Shown: positions 9,852 to 19,104 of the stretch, piece after piece | How positions within the stretch are numbered: the stretch's first letter is position 1 | Layout: each line of letters begins with the position of its first letter | NCBI GenBank assembly: GCA_963833235.1 | Contig: CAWHXG010000004.1 | Span: 90,230 to 154,229 of the forward strand | Source of the DNA: an uncultured Alphaproteobacteria bacterium | Lineage (GTDB): Bacteria; Pseudomonadota; Alphaproteobacteria; Rhodobacterales; Rhodobacteraceae | Reading direction: 5' to 3' | Length of the DNA: 64,000 nucleotides | Position numbers and translations under genes: made by a program | Notes under the pieces: model-generated | What the model saw: only the letters and a program-made list of their open reading frames with translations | The model's database searches: none | Told to the model about the DNA's origin: nothing

Positions 9852-10574
9852 TCAGTTGAAGGTGGGCGAATCTTCGCCGAACCATTTGGTGATCAGCCCG
9901 TCGATCGTGCCGTCGGCCTTCAGGTCGGTAATGACCGCGTCGAACGTTTCCTTCAGCTCCGTGTCGCTTTCGCGCAGGCCCATGCCGATACCGCCGCCCA
10001 GCTGTACGTCCTCGCCGACGAAGGTCATGTCGGAATCTTCCGCAACGATGTCGCTGAGAAAGTCCTTGTCGGCGAAGACCGCGTCGGCCTCGCCGTTTCG
10101 GACGGCGGCGATGGTCTCGTCGGGGGTGGCGAATTCGACGAGGGTGGCCCCGCTCTCGGCGATGAAGCCGGCCTGGATCGTGGAGGTCTGGGCCGCGATC
10201 ACGCCGCCTTCGAGGTCGACATCGTCAGACATCGCGGCATAGGCGGAGGATGCGGGCGGCATGTAGTTCTGGGTAAAGTCGATGACCTCGTCACGCTCGG
10301 GCGTGATGCTCATGCCGGCCATGATCGTGTCGTAGTTGCCGGATGTGAGGTTGGGGATGATGCTGTCCCATTCGTTTGTGACCCATTCACAGGTCAGCCC
10401 GGCTTTCTCGCAGATGAGATTGCCGAGCTCGATCTCGTAGCCGTCGACCGTGCCGCTGTCGTTGATGAAGTTGTAGGGGGGGTAGGCGCCTTCTGTGCCC
10501 ATGCGGATGGTGTCCTGGGCTGTGGCGATACCGGCGCCGAGGGCGAAGGCGGCGGCGAGTGCGAGGGTCTTCAT
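9852..10574 (-). CDS. Periplasmic substrate-binding protein of a polar amino acid/opine ABC transporter (family 3 SBP)
   Basis: MKTLALAAAFALGAGIATAQ signal peptide, then ..IRMGTEGAYPPYNF...GYEIELGNLICEKAGL.. typical of HisJ/ArgT/OccT-type SBPs. Start ATG at 10572-10574, preceded by GGAGAT. Confidence 0.85.
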   Translation of the reverse strand: MKTLALAAAFALGAGIATAQDTIRMGTEGAYPPYNFINDSGTVDGYEIELGNLICEKAGLTCEWVTNEWDSIIPNLTSGNYDTIMAGMSITPERDEVIDFTQNYMPPASSAYAAMSDDVDLEGGVIAAQTSTIQAGFIAESGATLVEFATPDETIAAVRNGEADAVFADKDFLSDIVAEDSDMTFVGEDVQLGGGIGMGLRESDTELKETFDAVITDLKADGTIDGLITKWFGEDSPTFN

Positions 10575-10615
10575 TGGGGATCTCCGATGTTGGGACAGGT
10601 TTTTATGATTGCCGG

Positions 10616-11428
10616 TCAGGCCGGAAGCCGGGCCGGTTCGGGGGCCTGCGCCTCTGCCGGCATGGTGGCCGAGAGGAACTGACGCAGGCGAGTGGATTTC
10701 GGGGCGCCGAAGAGCGTGGCCGGCGGCCCTTCCTCCTCCACGCGGCCCTGATGCAGGAACACGACGTGATCCGAGACGTCGGCGGCCAGGCGCATGTCGT
10801 GGGTGACGATGAGCATCGTGCGCCCCTCGGCGGCCAGGTCGCGGATGACGCGCACGACCTCCTGCTCCAGCTCGGGGTCGAGGGCTGAGGTTGGCTCGTC
10901 GAAAAGAAGCGCCTTGGGTTCCATGCAGAGCGCGCGGGCGATGGCGGCGCGCTGCTGCTGGCCGCCCGAAAGCTGCGCGGGGTAGACGTCGCATTTTTCG
11001 CCGATGCCGACCTTGGCCAAGAGCGCGCGGGCGCGGGCCTCGACCGTGGCACGGTCCTGGCGAAGGACCGTCACGGGGGCCTCCATGACGTTCTGCAGGA
11101 TGGTCATGTGGGCCCAGAGGTTGAACTGCTGGAAGACCATGCTGAGATTGGTGCGCACCCGAAGCACCTGCGCGCGGTTTGCCGGGCGGCGGCTATGGGC
11201 GGCGCCCTTCCAGGCGATGGGCTCGCCCTCGAAAAGGATCTCGCCCTGCTGGCTGTCTTCCAGCAGGTTGGCGCAGCGCAGCAGCGTGGACTTGCCGGAC
11301 CCCGAGGAGCCGATGAGCGAGACGACATCGCCGCGGGCGGCGCGGAGTGAGACGCCCTTGAGCACCTCCAGTGCGCCATAGGCCTTGTGCAGGTCCCTGA
11401 TCTCGATGACGGGGGGGAGTCGGGTCAA
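10616..11428 (-). CDS. ABC transporter ATP-binding protein (HisP/OccP-like)
   Basis: Walker A GSSGSGKST, signature LSGGQQQRAAIARAL, Walker B LLFDEPTSALD, H-loop. Confidence 0.9.
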   Translation of the reverse strand: MTRLPPVIEIRDLHKAYGALEVLKGVSLRAARGDVVSLIGSSGSGKSTLLRCANLLEDSQQGEILFEGEPIAWKGAAHSRRPANRAQVLRVRTNLSMVFQQFNLWAHMTILQNVMEAPVTVLRQDRATVEARARALLAKVGIGEKCDVYPAQLSGGQQQRAAIARALCMEPKALLFDEPTSALDPELEQEVVRVIRDLAAEGRTMLIVTHDMRLAADVSDHVVFLHQGRVEEEGPPATLFGAPKSTRLRQFLSATMPAEAQAPEPARLPA

Positions 11429-11619
11429 TCCATGCTCGCTTCAGCCATTTTCGGCCACCGTCGCGTGCGGCCAGCCGCGATTACGGAGTACTGCGCCGGG
11501 TATTGCAAGCGTCGGGTCTGGGCCAAGCCTGCGAAAATCTGCCGAACCGCCTATTTAACAGGCGTTGGACCGATCTACCGTTGGGGAAGCTTGGAGGGAT
11601 GCAGCGCGAATCTGCGGCG

Positions 11620-12069
11620 TCAGGCCAACCCCGAAGCCTTCTGTACGCGGCGGCGAGCCATGTTGCTGTCGCGGTCGTTGATGCCCAGGAGCGGCGCGAT
11701 CTGGCGGAGCAGTGCGTCTTCCTCGGCCTCCCGCTCGCCATCGGCCAGCACCACCTGCCACATGGCCTCGATCACCGCGATCCGATCTTCAAGCGGAACG
11801 GCGCCCTTGATGGCCCGGGTGAAGCGCACCGTGTCGGGGGCCTCCGCCTCCAGACGCTCCGCTTGACCACGCAGCGCGGCGGCCTCGAAGGGACCGAGGC
11901 CGTAGCGCGCAGCCAGCACGCGATCGATCCGGGCCACCTCGGTCTTGGAATAGACCTCGTCGGCCCGGGCGATGCGCACCAGGATCGCCGCGAGCGCCAC
12001 GCGGGCGTCGGGCTCCGTCAGAGGCTCGGAATCATTGGCGGTGAGGCGGCGAAGCAGGTTTTCGAACAT
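11620..12069 (-). CDS. TerB-family (tellurite-resistance TerB-like) protein
   Basis: 149 aa; ..LAAILVRIARADEVYSKTEVARIDRVLAARYGL...IEAMWQVVLADGEREAEEDALLRQIAPLLGI.. matches the TerB-like two-repeat helical fold. Confidence 0.65.
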   Translation of the reverse strand: MFENLLRRLTANDSEPLTEPDARVALAAILVRIARADEVYSKTEVARIDRVLAARYGLGPFEAAALRGQAERLEAEAPDTVRFTRAIKGAVPLEDRIAVIEAMWQVVLADGEREAEEDALLRQIAPLLGINDRDSNMARRRVQKASGLA

Positions 12070-12114
12070 GGCGCCAATCTAGGGCGCTCTGCGGCAGGCA
12101 CAAGCCACGCCGCC

Positions 12115-12972
12115 TCAGCGGGCCGCGGCCTTGAGACGCCGGGCGAGCGTGGTGGTGTCGTCGCCCGCGGCGCGCGGCACGATCCGGTAGCCGGCATTCA
12201 CGTAGCAGAAGAAGGCAAAGGCCAGCAGACCGGCGCAAAGCACGCCCACCAGAACCCGACCGTAGGCCTGCTGAGAGAGCCACTGGAAGGTCTTCCCAAG
12301 GCCGCCCGCCTGGCTGGGGTCGGTCGTCATCGCGGCATAGACGAGAAAGCCGCCGACGATGGTGACGGTGACCCCCTGGGCGGCGACGCCCATCATCAGC
12401 GCCGGGTTCCAGTTGAGGGTGAACTGGCTGGCTTGCAGGTTCTCGCGGTAATCCTGCGCGACAGCCTTCTTGATGTAGTAGAGGCCGGCGCCAACGGTAA
12501 GCAGGCCGGCCGCGCCGACGAGCCAGACGCCATAGGGTTGCGACATGATCCAGGAGACCGCCTCTGCGATCTTCGATCCTTCGCCGCCACTGCCGCCGCC
12601 CGAGGCCGCAGTGCCCCCGCCGCTCCCACTTCCGCCGCCAGAGCTTCCGCCCGTCCAGATCAGCGCCGCCGCCGCGCCGGCGAGGGCCAGGTGGATCGCG
12701 CCGGTGACGATCATGCCGCTCCGTGCGATCCAGGCCTTAGCGTCGCTCCCGTATGCTTCCAGATCCCAGAACGCATCGACGGCGCGCCAGATGGCGTAGG
12801 CAGCGAGGCCGAGAGCGATGCCGACCAGAACCGTGACCCCCCACCAGGTGGTCTCCAGTTGCTTGAAGGCCTGCGAGGTGCCCTGTGCCTGCCCGCCGCG
12901 GGAGATCGCATAAAGCGAAAAGCCCCCGATGACGGTGTAGACGAGCCCGCGGCCGAAATAGCCGGCCCGCAT
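12115..12972 (-). CDS. DUF1206-like multi-pass membrane protein with internal Gly/Ser-rich linker
   Basis: Start placed at MRAGYFGRG (ATG 12970-12972) because the divergent DUF3140 gene begins at 13154. Repeated TM segments with conserved W/Y, and a low-complexity GGSSGGGSGSGGGTAASGGGSGGEGS stretch (~12590-12670). Confidence 0.55.
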   Translation of the reverse strand: MRAGYFGRGLVYTVIGGFSLYAISRGGQAQGTSQAFKQLETTWWGVTVLVGIALGLAAYAIWRAVDAFWDLEAYGSDAKAWIARSGMIVTGAIHLALAGAAAALIWTGGSSGGGSGSGGGTAASGGGSGGEGSKIAEAVSWIMSQPYGVWLVGAAGLLTVGAGLYYIKKAVAQDYRENLQASQFTLNWNPALMMGVAAQGVTVTIVGGFLVYAAMTTDPSQAGGLGKTFQWLSQQAYGRVLVGVLCAGLLAFAFFCYVNAGYRIVPRAAGDDTTTLARRLKAAAR

Positions 12973-13153
12973 GAAGGGAATTGCCCAGGCGAAATCGTCG
13001 GGGTCGGTGTCAAGCTGGCGCAAGGCGGCGGTCCTTTCGTGACTCTCCTTCCCAATGCATGAGCCATGCCCGGCGTTCCCCCCAACCTTCGGGAAACCGG
13101 CCAGCACGGCGGCGCGTTGCGCCCCGGACCGCACCGTAGACAGGAGACCGACG

Positions 13154-13486
13154 ATGGCGAAATCCCACGACGAGATCTGGGAAGAATGGGGCAAGTTGGT
13201 GAACATGGCGCCCAAGGAGCTGGAGGATTGGCTGGAGACCGAGGAAAGTCGCGAGGTGGGCGATACCGGCGGAGAGGGCGAAAGCACCGGCCACAAGTCG
13301 GGCCGCCGGATCGTGGAGATCAGGCGGACCAACAAGGGCGATCTGAGCGACGACCAGTGGGACTGGATGGGCAAGACCGTGGGCTACGTCAACCGTCATC
13401 TGGCCCAAGGCGGCCCGGATGAGGACATGGAACACAGCAAATGGCGGTATTCCCTGATGAACTGGGGGCATGACCCGGCGAAGTGA
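13154..13486 (+). CDS. DUF3140 family protein
   Basis: MAKSHDEIWEEWGKLVNMAPKELEDWLETEESREVG...IVEIRRTNKGDLSDDQWDWMGKTVGYVNRHLAQ; AGGAGA RBS 6-11 nt upstream of the ATG. Confidence 0.7.
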   Translation: MAKSHDEIWEEWGKLVNMAPKELEDWLETEESREVGDTGGEGESTGHKSGRRIVEIRRTNKGDLSDDQWDWMGKTVGYVNRHLAQGGPDEDMEHSKWRYSLMNWGHDPAK

Positions 13487-13573
13487 TGGCCGGCCCTCCC
13501 GCCCGGGGGAGTGGGCCGGCAGGGTCTTCAGTGCCCAGCGTCGGGTACCCGGTAAACTTGGACGCGCGCCGCG

Positions 13574-13744
13574 TTATCCCGGCTGCGTCCATATCAGCCA
13601 AAGCGGGCTGTTTGGCGCGGTGGGAAGAATGTCGTGTATCCTCTTCTCCGGACGGACCATGTCTTCGCTGCGCATCAGGGCCACGACGCGGGCGTCATGG
13701 ATCAGCGTGCCGTCGGGCGCTCTTTCGATAACCGGGGCGATCAT
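13574..13744 (-). CDS. Small hypothetical ORF (56 aa) in an otherwise gene-free ~780 bp stretch
   Basis: MIAPVIERAPDGTLIHDARVVALMRSEDMVRPEKRIHDILPTAPNSPLWLIWTQPG; GC3 ~77%. Shorter than the ORF-track cutoff and with no homology I can recognise. Confidence 0.2.
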   Translation of the reverse strand: MIAPVIERAPDGTLIHDARVVALMRSEDMVRPEKRIHDILPTAPNSPLWLIWTQPG

Positions 13745-14261
13745 GCAGGCGGGGTCAGCCTCGGTCCGGCCGCAGGGATTGCAAAGGCTGGGAACGTTCA
13801 GGTGCGCCGTGCGACCTGAATTTCAAACGTGCGCCCTGCAGCTAGGTCAGGAGTACGAGGCCACGCCTGTTCACGTTCCTGCTGAGGGCGCCCGTTCTGG
13901 TTTCGAAGTGCCGCGCATGCAGATCCTTGAAGACCTCGAGGCCGATAAGGTCGACATGCCGCAGGTAGCTTAGGAAGGGTCCACTGCAGCCTGCGCGCGA
14001 TGCTGCACTGCCTCACCAAAAGGTATCATCAAACACCCGCGCTTCCGCCCGAACCACTATTTCGGCACAGCCCGCTCAATCGGGGTCATCCGCACCATGC
14101 GGCGGCGATCACCTCCGGCGCGGTCCGGCTGCTCGATGGCACGACGCGCCGCCGATGGCAAATCTGAGACCGGACCCGAGGCTATCCATCATTGTGACTG
14201 CCCACTTGCGAAAAGGGCCGGCACAAGGCCGACCCCAAAACTCACTACCTGATGAAAGCGC

Positions 14262-14438
14262 TCAGCTGTCGCCGCGCAGCTTGTCCTTCGCCTCGCCAAC
14301 ACCCTTCTGGATGCTGCCTTCGGCTTGGTCCGCATTGCCTTCGGCTTCCATGTCGTGGTTGCCGGTGGCCTTGCCGAACTCTTCCTTGGCCTTGCCGCCG
14401 GTCTTCTTCATCGAGCCTTTGATCTTGTCGTCGTCCAT
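14262..14438 (-). CDS. csbD: CsbD-family general stress protein
   Basis: MDDDKIKGSMKKTGGKAKEEFGKATGNHDMEAEGNADQAEGSIQKGVGEAKDKLRGDS; AGGAGG RBS 7 nt upstream of the ATG. Confidence 0.8.
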   Translation of the reverse strand: MDDDKIKGSMKKTGGKAKEEFGKATGNHDMEAEGNADQAEGSIQKGVGEAKDKLRGDS

Positions 14439-14462
14439 CTGTATGCCCTCCTGAGCTGGGTA

Positions 14463-14490
14463 GTAAACTTGCCGCCCGCTGACTTGTTCC
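14463..14490 (-). promoter_or_regulatory. Putative EcfG/SigT-type (alphaproteobacterial general stress sigma factor) promoter for csbD
   Basis: Reading in the csbD direction: GGAACA-AGTCAGCGGGCGGCAA-GTTTAC, which fits GGAAC-N17-GTT and ends ~25 nt upstream of the csbD ATG. Confidence 0.4.
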
Positions 14491-14753
14491 CTCATAAGTG
14501 GCGATCGCGCGGACGATTGCAGCAGATCCCGGCGCCGTCCCCCCGAATGCCCCGCGCAGGCAGCTTCTGCAGCCGGCCCGCACCAAAGCTCATACAGCCG
14601 AATGAGGGGGAGCCGGGGCTCGGTGACCGATCCGACCCGGAAGGGTGGATTTCTCTGCACCGATCCGCGACGGACCGCAACTTTCCGTTAACCATGACGT
14701 ACCTTGAGGTAGCGGTCGAATTACGCCCGCTTTCAATGAATGAGGGAGTGACG

Positions 14754-15584
14754 ATGAGTTTTCCTGCAACCCCTCTGGCGATCGTTCTCGGCGCGGCGCT
14801 GGCATCGGGCCCGGCATTCGCCGCCGTGACCCTGCAGCCCGGCCCCGAGGGCAAGGACGCGTTCGTCTATGCATTCGAGGTTCCCGGTACCCTGGGCGTC
14901 CCCGGCATCCCGGCCGAGATCAATTTCGACGAAGTGAATGTGCCGGACACGGCGCTCGCCCCTTTCGGCCAAACACTGGGCGTCGCCGAGACGACCCCTT
15001 TCGTGAACCCGAGCGATCCTGAGTTTTCCAATACCGTCCGCGAGCACACGACACGCTCGCTGGTGGAATTCGATCTCTCGGACACCGGGCTGACCTCAAG
15101 CCGCGTCGCCTCGGGGTCGTTCAGCCTCAAGGGGATTGGCAACCTTGCGCCTTTCTCCGCGCCCACACCCGAATTTCCCATCGTGGTGGATATCAAGCGC
15201 GTGCTGGAAGCGTGGGACGAGCAGCTCGTGACCTGGAACACCCGGCCTGCCGTGGGTGAGATCGTGACCAGCGCCACGATGACCGGCGGCATGGAAGAGC
15301 TGGTCTTCGACGTGACCGGCCTGGTCAAGGACTGGCTCGGCGACACAGGCGGCAACTTCGGCTTCGAGCTGTCGCAACGCGGCGTCGTGCAGACCGATAC
15401 GCCCAGCATGTTCACCCCGAACGACCTATTCGCGGTGGGCCTCTTTGCGTCGTCGGACAATGGCGATGCGTCCCTGCGGCCTTCGCTGACCGTGTCCGAG
15501 GTGCCGCTGCCTGCGGCGCTTCCGCTGATGCTGGGTGCCGGTGGCATGCTGGCCTTCGTCGGGCGCCGGCGCCGCGGCGCCTGA
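14754..15584 (+). CDS. Secreted protein with C-terminal VPLPA-CTERM sorting signal
   Basis: Signal peptide MSFPATPLAIVLGAALASGPAFA; C-terminus ..VSEVPLPAALPLMLGAGGMLAFVGRRRRGA (VPLPA motif, TM helix, Arg cluster). GAGGGAG RBS before the ATG at 14754. Confidence 0.7.
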   Translation: MSFPATPLAIVLGAALASGPAFAAVTLQPGPEGKDAFVYAFEVPGTLGVPGIPAEINFDEVNVPDTALAPFGQTLGVAETTPFVNPSDPEFSNTVREHTTRSLVEFDLSDTGLTSSRVASGSFSLKGIGNLAPFSAPTPEFPIVVDIKRVLEAWDEQLVTWNTRPAVGEIVTSATMTGGMEELVFDVTGLVKDWLGDTGGNFGFELSQRGVVQTDTPSMFTPNDLFAVGLFASSDNGDASLRPSLTVSEVPLPAALPLMLGAGGMLAFVGRRRRGA

Positions 15585-15674
15585 CGGCCTTGAAGCTGGC
15601 CGGCTGGTTCCTGGCACGGCCGGCCCACTGCAGAGGATCCGGGCGGGGGGCATCAGAGCCGCCCCGCCCGGATC

Positions 15675-17330
15675 TCAGACCAGCCGGCTGACCTCGGTGG
15701 CGGCGCGCACGAAATCGGCGAAGAGCGGATGCGGCGCGAAAGGCTTGGATTTCAGCTCGGGGTGGAACTGCACGCCGATGTACCAGGGATGGTCCGCCAG
15801 CTCGACGATCTCGGGCAGCCGGCCGTCGGGCGACATGCCGCTGAAATGCAGGCCCGCCGCCTCCAGCGCCTCGCGGTAGGCGATGTCCACCTCGTAGCGG
15901 TGGCGGTGACGTTCCTCGATGATGGTGCTGCCGTAGATTTCGGCGACCCTGCTGCCCTCGCTGAGATGCGCGGTGTAGCTGCCAAGGCGCATGGTGCCGC
16001 CCTTGTCGTCGCCTTGCGTCCGGGTCACGCGGTGGTTGCCCTGCACCCACTCCTTCAGGTGGTAGACCACCGGCGTCAGCCGCCGCACATCGCCGCCGCC
16101 CCGGGCTGCGCCGGCGAATTCCTCCGACCCCGCATCTTCCAGTTCCGCCAGGTTTCGCGCCGCCTCGATCACGGCCATCTGCATGCCGAGGCAAATGCCG
16201 AAATAGGGGATCTTGCGGGTGCGGGCGAACTCCGCCGCGCGGATCTTTCCTTCGGTCCCCCGTTCGCCGAAGCCGCCGGGCACGAGGATGGCGTGGAACC
16301 CTTCGAGATGCGGTCCGGGATCCTCGGCTTCGAAGATCTCGGCGTCGATCCATTCGGCGCGGACGCGAACGCGATTGGCCATGCCGCCATGGGTCAGGGC
16401 CTCGGCGATGGATTTGTAGGCGTCGCCGAGCTGGGTGTACTTTCCGACGATGGCGATGCGCACCTCGCCCTCGGCATTCTCGATCCGGTCCTGCACGTCT
16501 TCCCAGCGGCCGAGCGCGGGCCGGGGCGCGGGCGAGATGGCGAAGGCATCCAGCACCGCCTGGTCCAGCCCCTCGCGGTGGTAGGCCAGCGGCGCGGCGT
16601 AGATCGTCGGCAGGTCCTGCGCGGCGATCACACTGTCGGGGCGGACGTTGCAGAACAGCGCCAGCTTCTCGCGCTCGCGCACCGGGATCGGGCCTTCGGC
16701 GCGGCAGACCAGGATGTCTGGTGCGAGGCCGATGGAGCGCAGCTCCTTGACGCTGTGCTGGGTGGGCTTGGTCTTCAGCTCGCCCGAGGCCGCGAGCCAA
16801 GGCAGCAGGGTGAGGTGCATGAACACGCACTGGCCGCGGGGGCGTTCCTGCCCGAACTGGCGGATGGCCTCGAAGAACGGCAGGCCCTCGATGTCGCCCA
16901 CCGTGCCGCCGATCTCGCACAGCATGAAATCCACCTCGCCGTCGCCGATGGCGATGAAATCCTTGATCTCGTTGGTGACGTGGGGGATCACCTGGATCGT
17001 CTTGCCGAGGTAGTCGCCGCGGCGTTCCTTCTCGAGAACGTTGGAATAGACGCGGCCGGACGAGATGCTGTCGGTCTTGCGGGCGGCGACGCCGGTGAAC
17101 CGCTCGTAATGGCCGAGGTCGAGGTCCGTCTCGGCGCCGTCGTCTGTCACGAAGACCTCGCCGTGCTCGAAGGGCGACATCGTGCCGGGATCGACATTCA
17201 GGTAGGGATCGAGTTTGCGGAGCCGGACGGTGAAGCCGCGGGCCTGCAAAAGCGCGCCGAGCGCCGCCGAGGCCAGGCCCTTGCCGAGCGACGACACCAC
17301 GCCACCGGTGATGAAGACGTATCGCGTCAT
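15675..17330 (-). CDS. pyrG: CTP synthase
   Basis: [18 protein letters not shown]...GICLGMQ..: full-length synthetase and GATase domains. Confidence 0.95.
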   Translation of the reverse strand: MTRYVFITGGVVSSLGKGLASAALGALLQARGFTVRLRKLDPYLNVDPGTMSPFEHGEVFVTDDGAETDLDLGHYERFTGVAARKTDSISSGRVYSNVLEKERRGDYLGKTIQVIPHVTNEIKDFIAIGDGEVDFMLCEIGGTVGDIEGLPFFEAIRQFGQERPRGQCVFMHLTLLPWLAASGELKTKPTQHSVKELRSIGLAPDILVCRAEGPIPVREREKLALFCNVRPDSVIAAQDLPTIYAAPLAYHREGLDQAVLDAFAISPAPRPALGRWEDVQDRIENAEGEVRIAIVGKYTQLGDAYKSIAEALTHGGMANRVRVRAEWIDAEIFEAEDPGPHLEGFHAILVPGGFGERGTEGKIRAAEFARTRKIPYFGICLGMQMAVIEAARNLAELEDAGSEEFAGAARGGGDVRRLTPVVYHLKEWVQGNHRVTRTQGDDKGGTMRLGSYTAHLSEGSRVAEIYGSTIIEERHRHRYEVDIAYREALEAAGLHFSGMSPDGRLPEIVELADHPWYIGVQFHPELKSKPFAPHPLFADFVRAATEVSRLV

Positions 17331-17679
17331 TTCAGGGTCCTTCCCGTGGGGCTGGCGCGGGCCGCAGAGGGAAGTGCGGCGCGGCAGGATCACGGGGGAC
17401 GACGTATAGGAGATTCTCCGATGGGCCGCAACATGCAGGGGGCTGGAAATCGGGTGAAGCTAGGGATTGTGGGGTAACGACGCTCGCACCCGCCAGCCTG
17501 CCTGTGCTGGTTATTTTTAACGCGGCGCCTGATCTGCAGCAGCGGCCCGCAGGGGGAGCCGGCGTTCGACGCATCACCCACCTGCCGAGGGCACAGGGAC
17601 CGGAACGGCCGAGGCTGAACCGACCGCTATCGACAGGTGCGGCAGAGACCCAAGCCCGCCGCTGCAGCGGCTGCCTCTA

Positions 17680-18054
17680 CTATTCCGCGCGCGGGGGAAG
17701 CAATGGGTCCGTCGAGCTGCCAGCGTCGCCCGGTGCAGGCGGCGGCAGCAGGTCTGCGCCCGAGGGCAGGCCCGGTGCGCTGGACGGCGCCGGGGCATCG
17801 ACGCCGAGGCGGTCGAGCACCGAAGTTCCGGCCGATTGCTGCGCGGCGATGATCGTCAGCGTGATCGACGTGCCGATGAAGGCGATGGCGAACGCCCATG
17901 TCAGCTTGCCGAGCGCCGTGGTCGAGCCCCGGCTCGACACCGCGCCGCCGCCGCCGCCGATCCCCAGACCGCCCCCTTCGGAGCGCTGCAGCAGCACCAC
18001 CCCGATCAGGCAGAGCGCCAGGACGAGGTGCACGATGAGGACGATGTTTTGCAT
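17680..18054 (-). CDS. secG: Preprotein translocase subunit SecG
   Basis: MQNIVLIVHLVLALCLIGVVLLQRSEGGGLG...; conserved secG-pyrG order. Confidence 0.9.
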   Translation of the reverse strand: MQNIVLIVHLVLALCLIGVVLLQRSEGGGLGIGGGGGAVSSRGSTTALGKLTWAFAIAFIGTSITLTIIAAQQSAGTSVLDRLGVDAPAPSSAPGLPSGADLLPPPAPGDAGSSTDPLLPPRAE

Positions 18055-18174
18055 GGGCGGGCGGGTCCGGTCGGTTTCGGGATTGCAGGGACGTATAGGC
18101 TCCGCAGGCCCGCTGCAAGCCCGGGAGGGGGTTCCGCGGGGCGCGCGGAACGCCGCCGGGCAGGTGCTCCCCGC

Positions 18175-19035
18175 TCAGCCTCCTGAACCGATGGCGTGCT
18201 CGCGCGCCCAGCGGCGGGTCAAATGTAGATCGGGCGGCGATCGCGGATCCGCCAGCACCGGGCCGAGCATCGCCAGCCCGCGGCGAAGCTGGGCGAACTC
18301 GCTCCCCACTTCCTCCGGAGGATGACCGTCCGCCTCCGCGATGAGATCGGCCAGGCGCAGAACCGCATCCGGAAAGCTCAGCGCGGTGCGGCTGGGGGAA
18401 AAATACCGCGACAGCGGGCTGTGCGTGAGATCGACCACCAGTCCGCAGATCATCGGCCCGAGCGCTGCAATGTCGCACAGCGCCGAGGTGGGACTGCCGT
18501 TCAGCCGGCCCGCGTGATCGAGTGCGTCGACCCGCAAGGCGAAGCTGCGGAGCTGCGAGGTCGTCTGGATCACGTTCATGAGGAAGCTCACCGAGAGCGT
18601 CAGAACCACCATCCCGTTGACAGAGGCGACCATGGCCAGGAAATCCGCCGAGACATAGGCCGGGGTGGCATTGGCCGCGCCCAGGGTCGATAGCCGCGAG
18701 CCGGCGAAGGTCATCGCCTGGAAAAGGCCGGGTGCGCCGTCGGGCTCCAGCGTGAGGCCCCCGATCCCATGGAATATCATGCCGTAGCCCACCATCGGCA
18801 CCGCGATCCAGACGAAGGCGACGGAACTGAGTACGAACGGGCCGACGGCTCCGCGCAGGGTCCGCACGGACCGTCCGCCGAACGGGCGCACGAGCGCGTT
18901 GGCGAGCGCGGCCGTGACGCGTGAGACCCCGCGGGTGAGGGGGCCGGAGCCGGACATGCTGATGGTGGTGTGCAGAACGTCGTAGAATGTTGCGACGACG
19001 ATGAGGGTGCCGATCAGGACGCTTGAAGTATCCAT
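18175..19035 (-). CDS. Hypothetical multi-pass membrane protein with K+-channel-like pore signature
   Basis: 286 aa, several TM helices; ..WIAVPMVGYGMIFHG.. resembles the T-V-G-Y-G selectivity-filter motif of two-TM ion channels. Confidence 0.45.
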   Translation of the reverse strand: MDTSSVLIGTLIVVATFYDVLHTTISMSGSGPLTRGVSRVTAALANALVRPFGGRSVRTLRGAVGPFVLSSVAFVWIAVPMVGYGMIFHGIGGLTLEPDGAPGLFQAMTFAGSRLSTLGAANATPAYVSADFLAMVASVNGMVVLTLSVSFLMNVIQTTSQLRSFALRVDALDHAGRLNGSPTSALCDIAALGPMICGLVVDLTHSPLSRYFSPSRTALSFPDAVLRLADLIAEADGHPPEEVGSEFAQLRRGLAMLGPVLADPRSPPDLHLTRRWAREHAIGSGG

Positions 19036-19104
19036 GGAGGTGTAAGGCCGGGCATCGTGGAGTGTTCCGCTCCATCTCGTACGTTTCGGCCCCCCGCGGC
19101 ATTT

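Noticed and set aside
11503-13062. 519-aa +strand ORF
   Set aside because: Spans and is antisense to the TerB and DUF1206 genes; no domain; GC artefact
15412-17477. -strand ORF 15412..16920 (502 aa) and +strand ORF 15729..17477 (582 aa)
   Set aside because: Both overlap pyrG (15675..17330, minus strand), out of frame or antisense; pyrG identity is unambiguous
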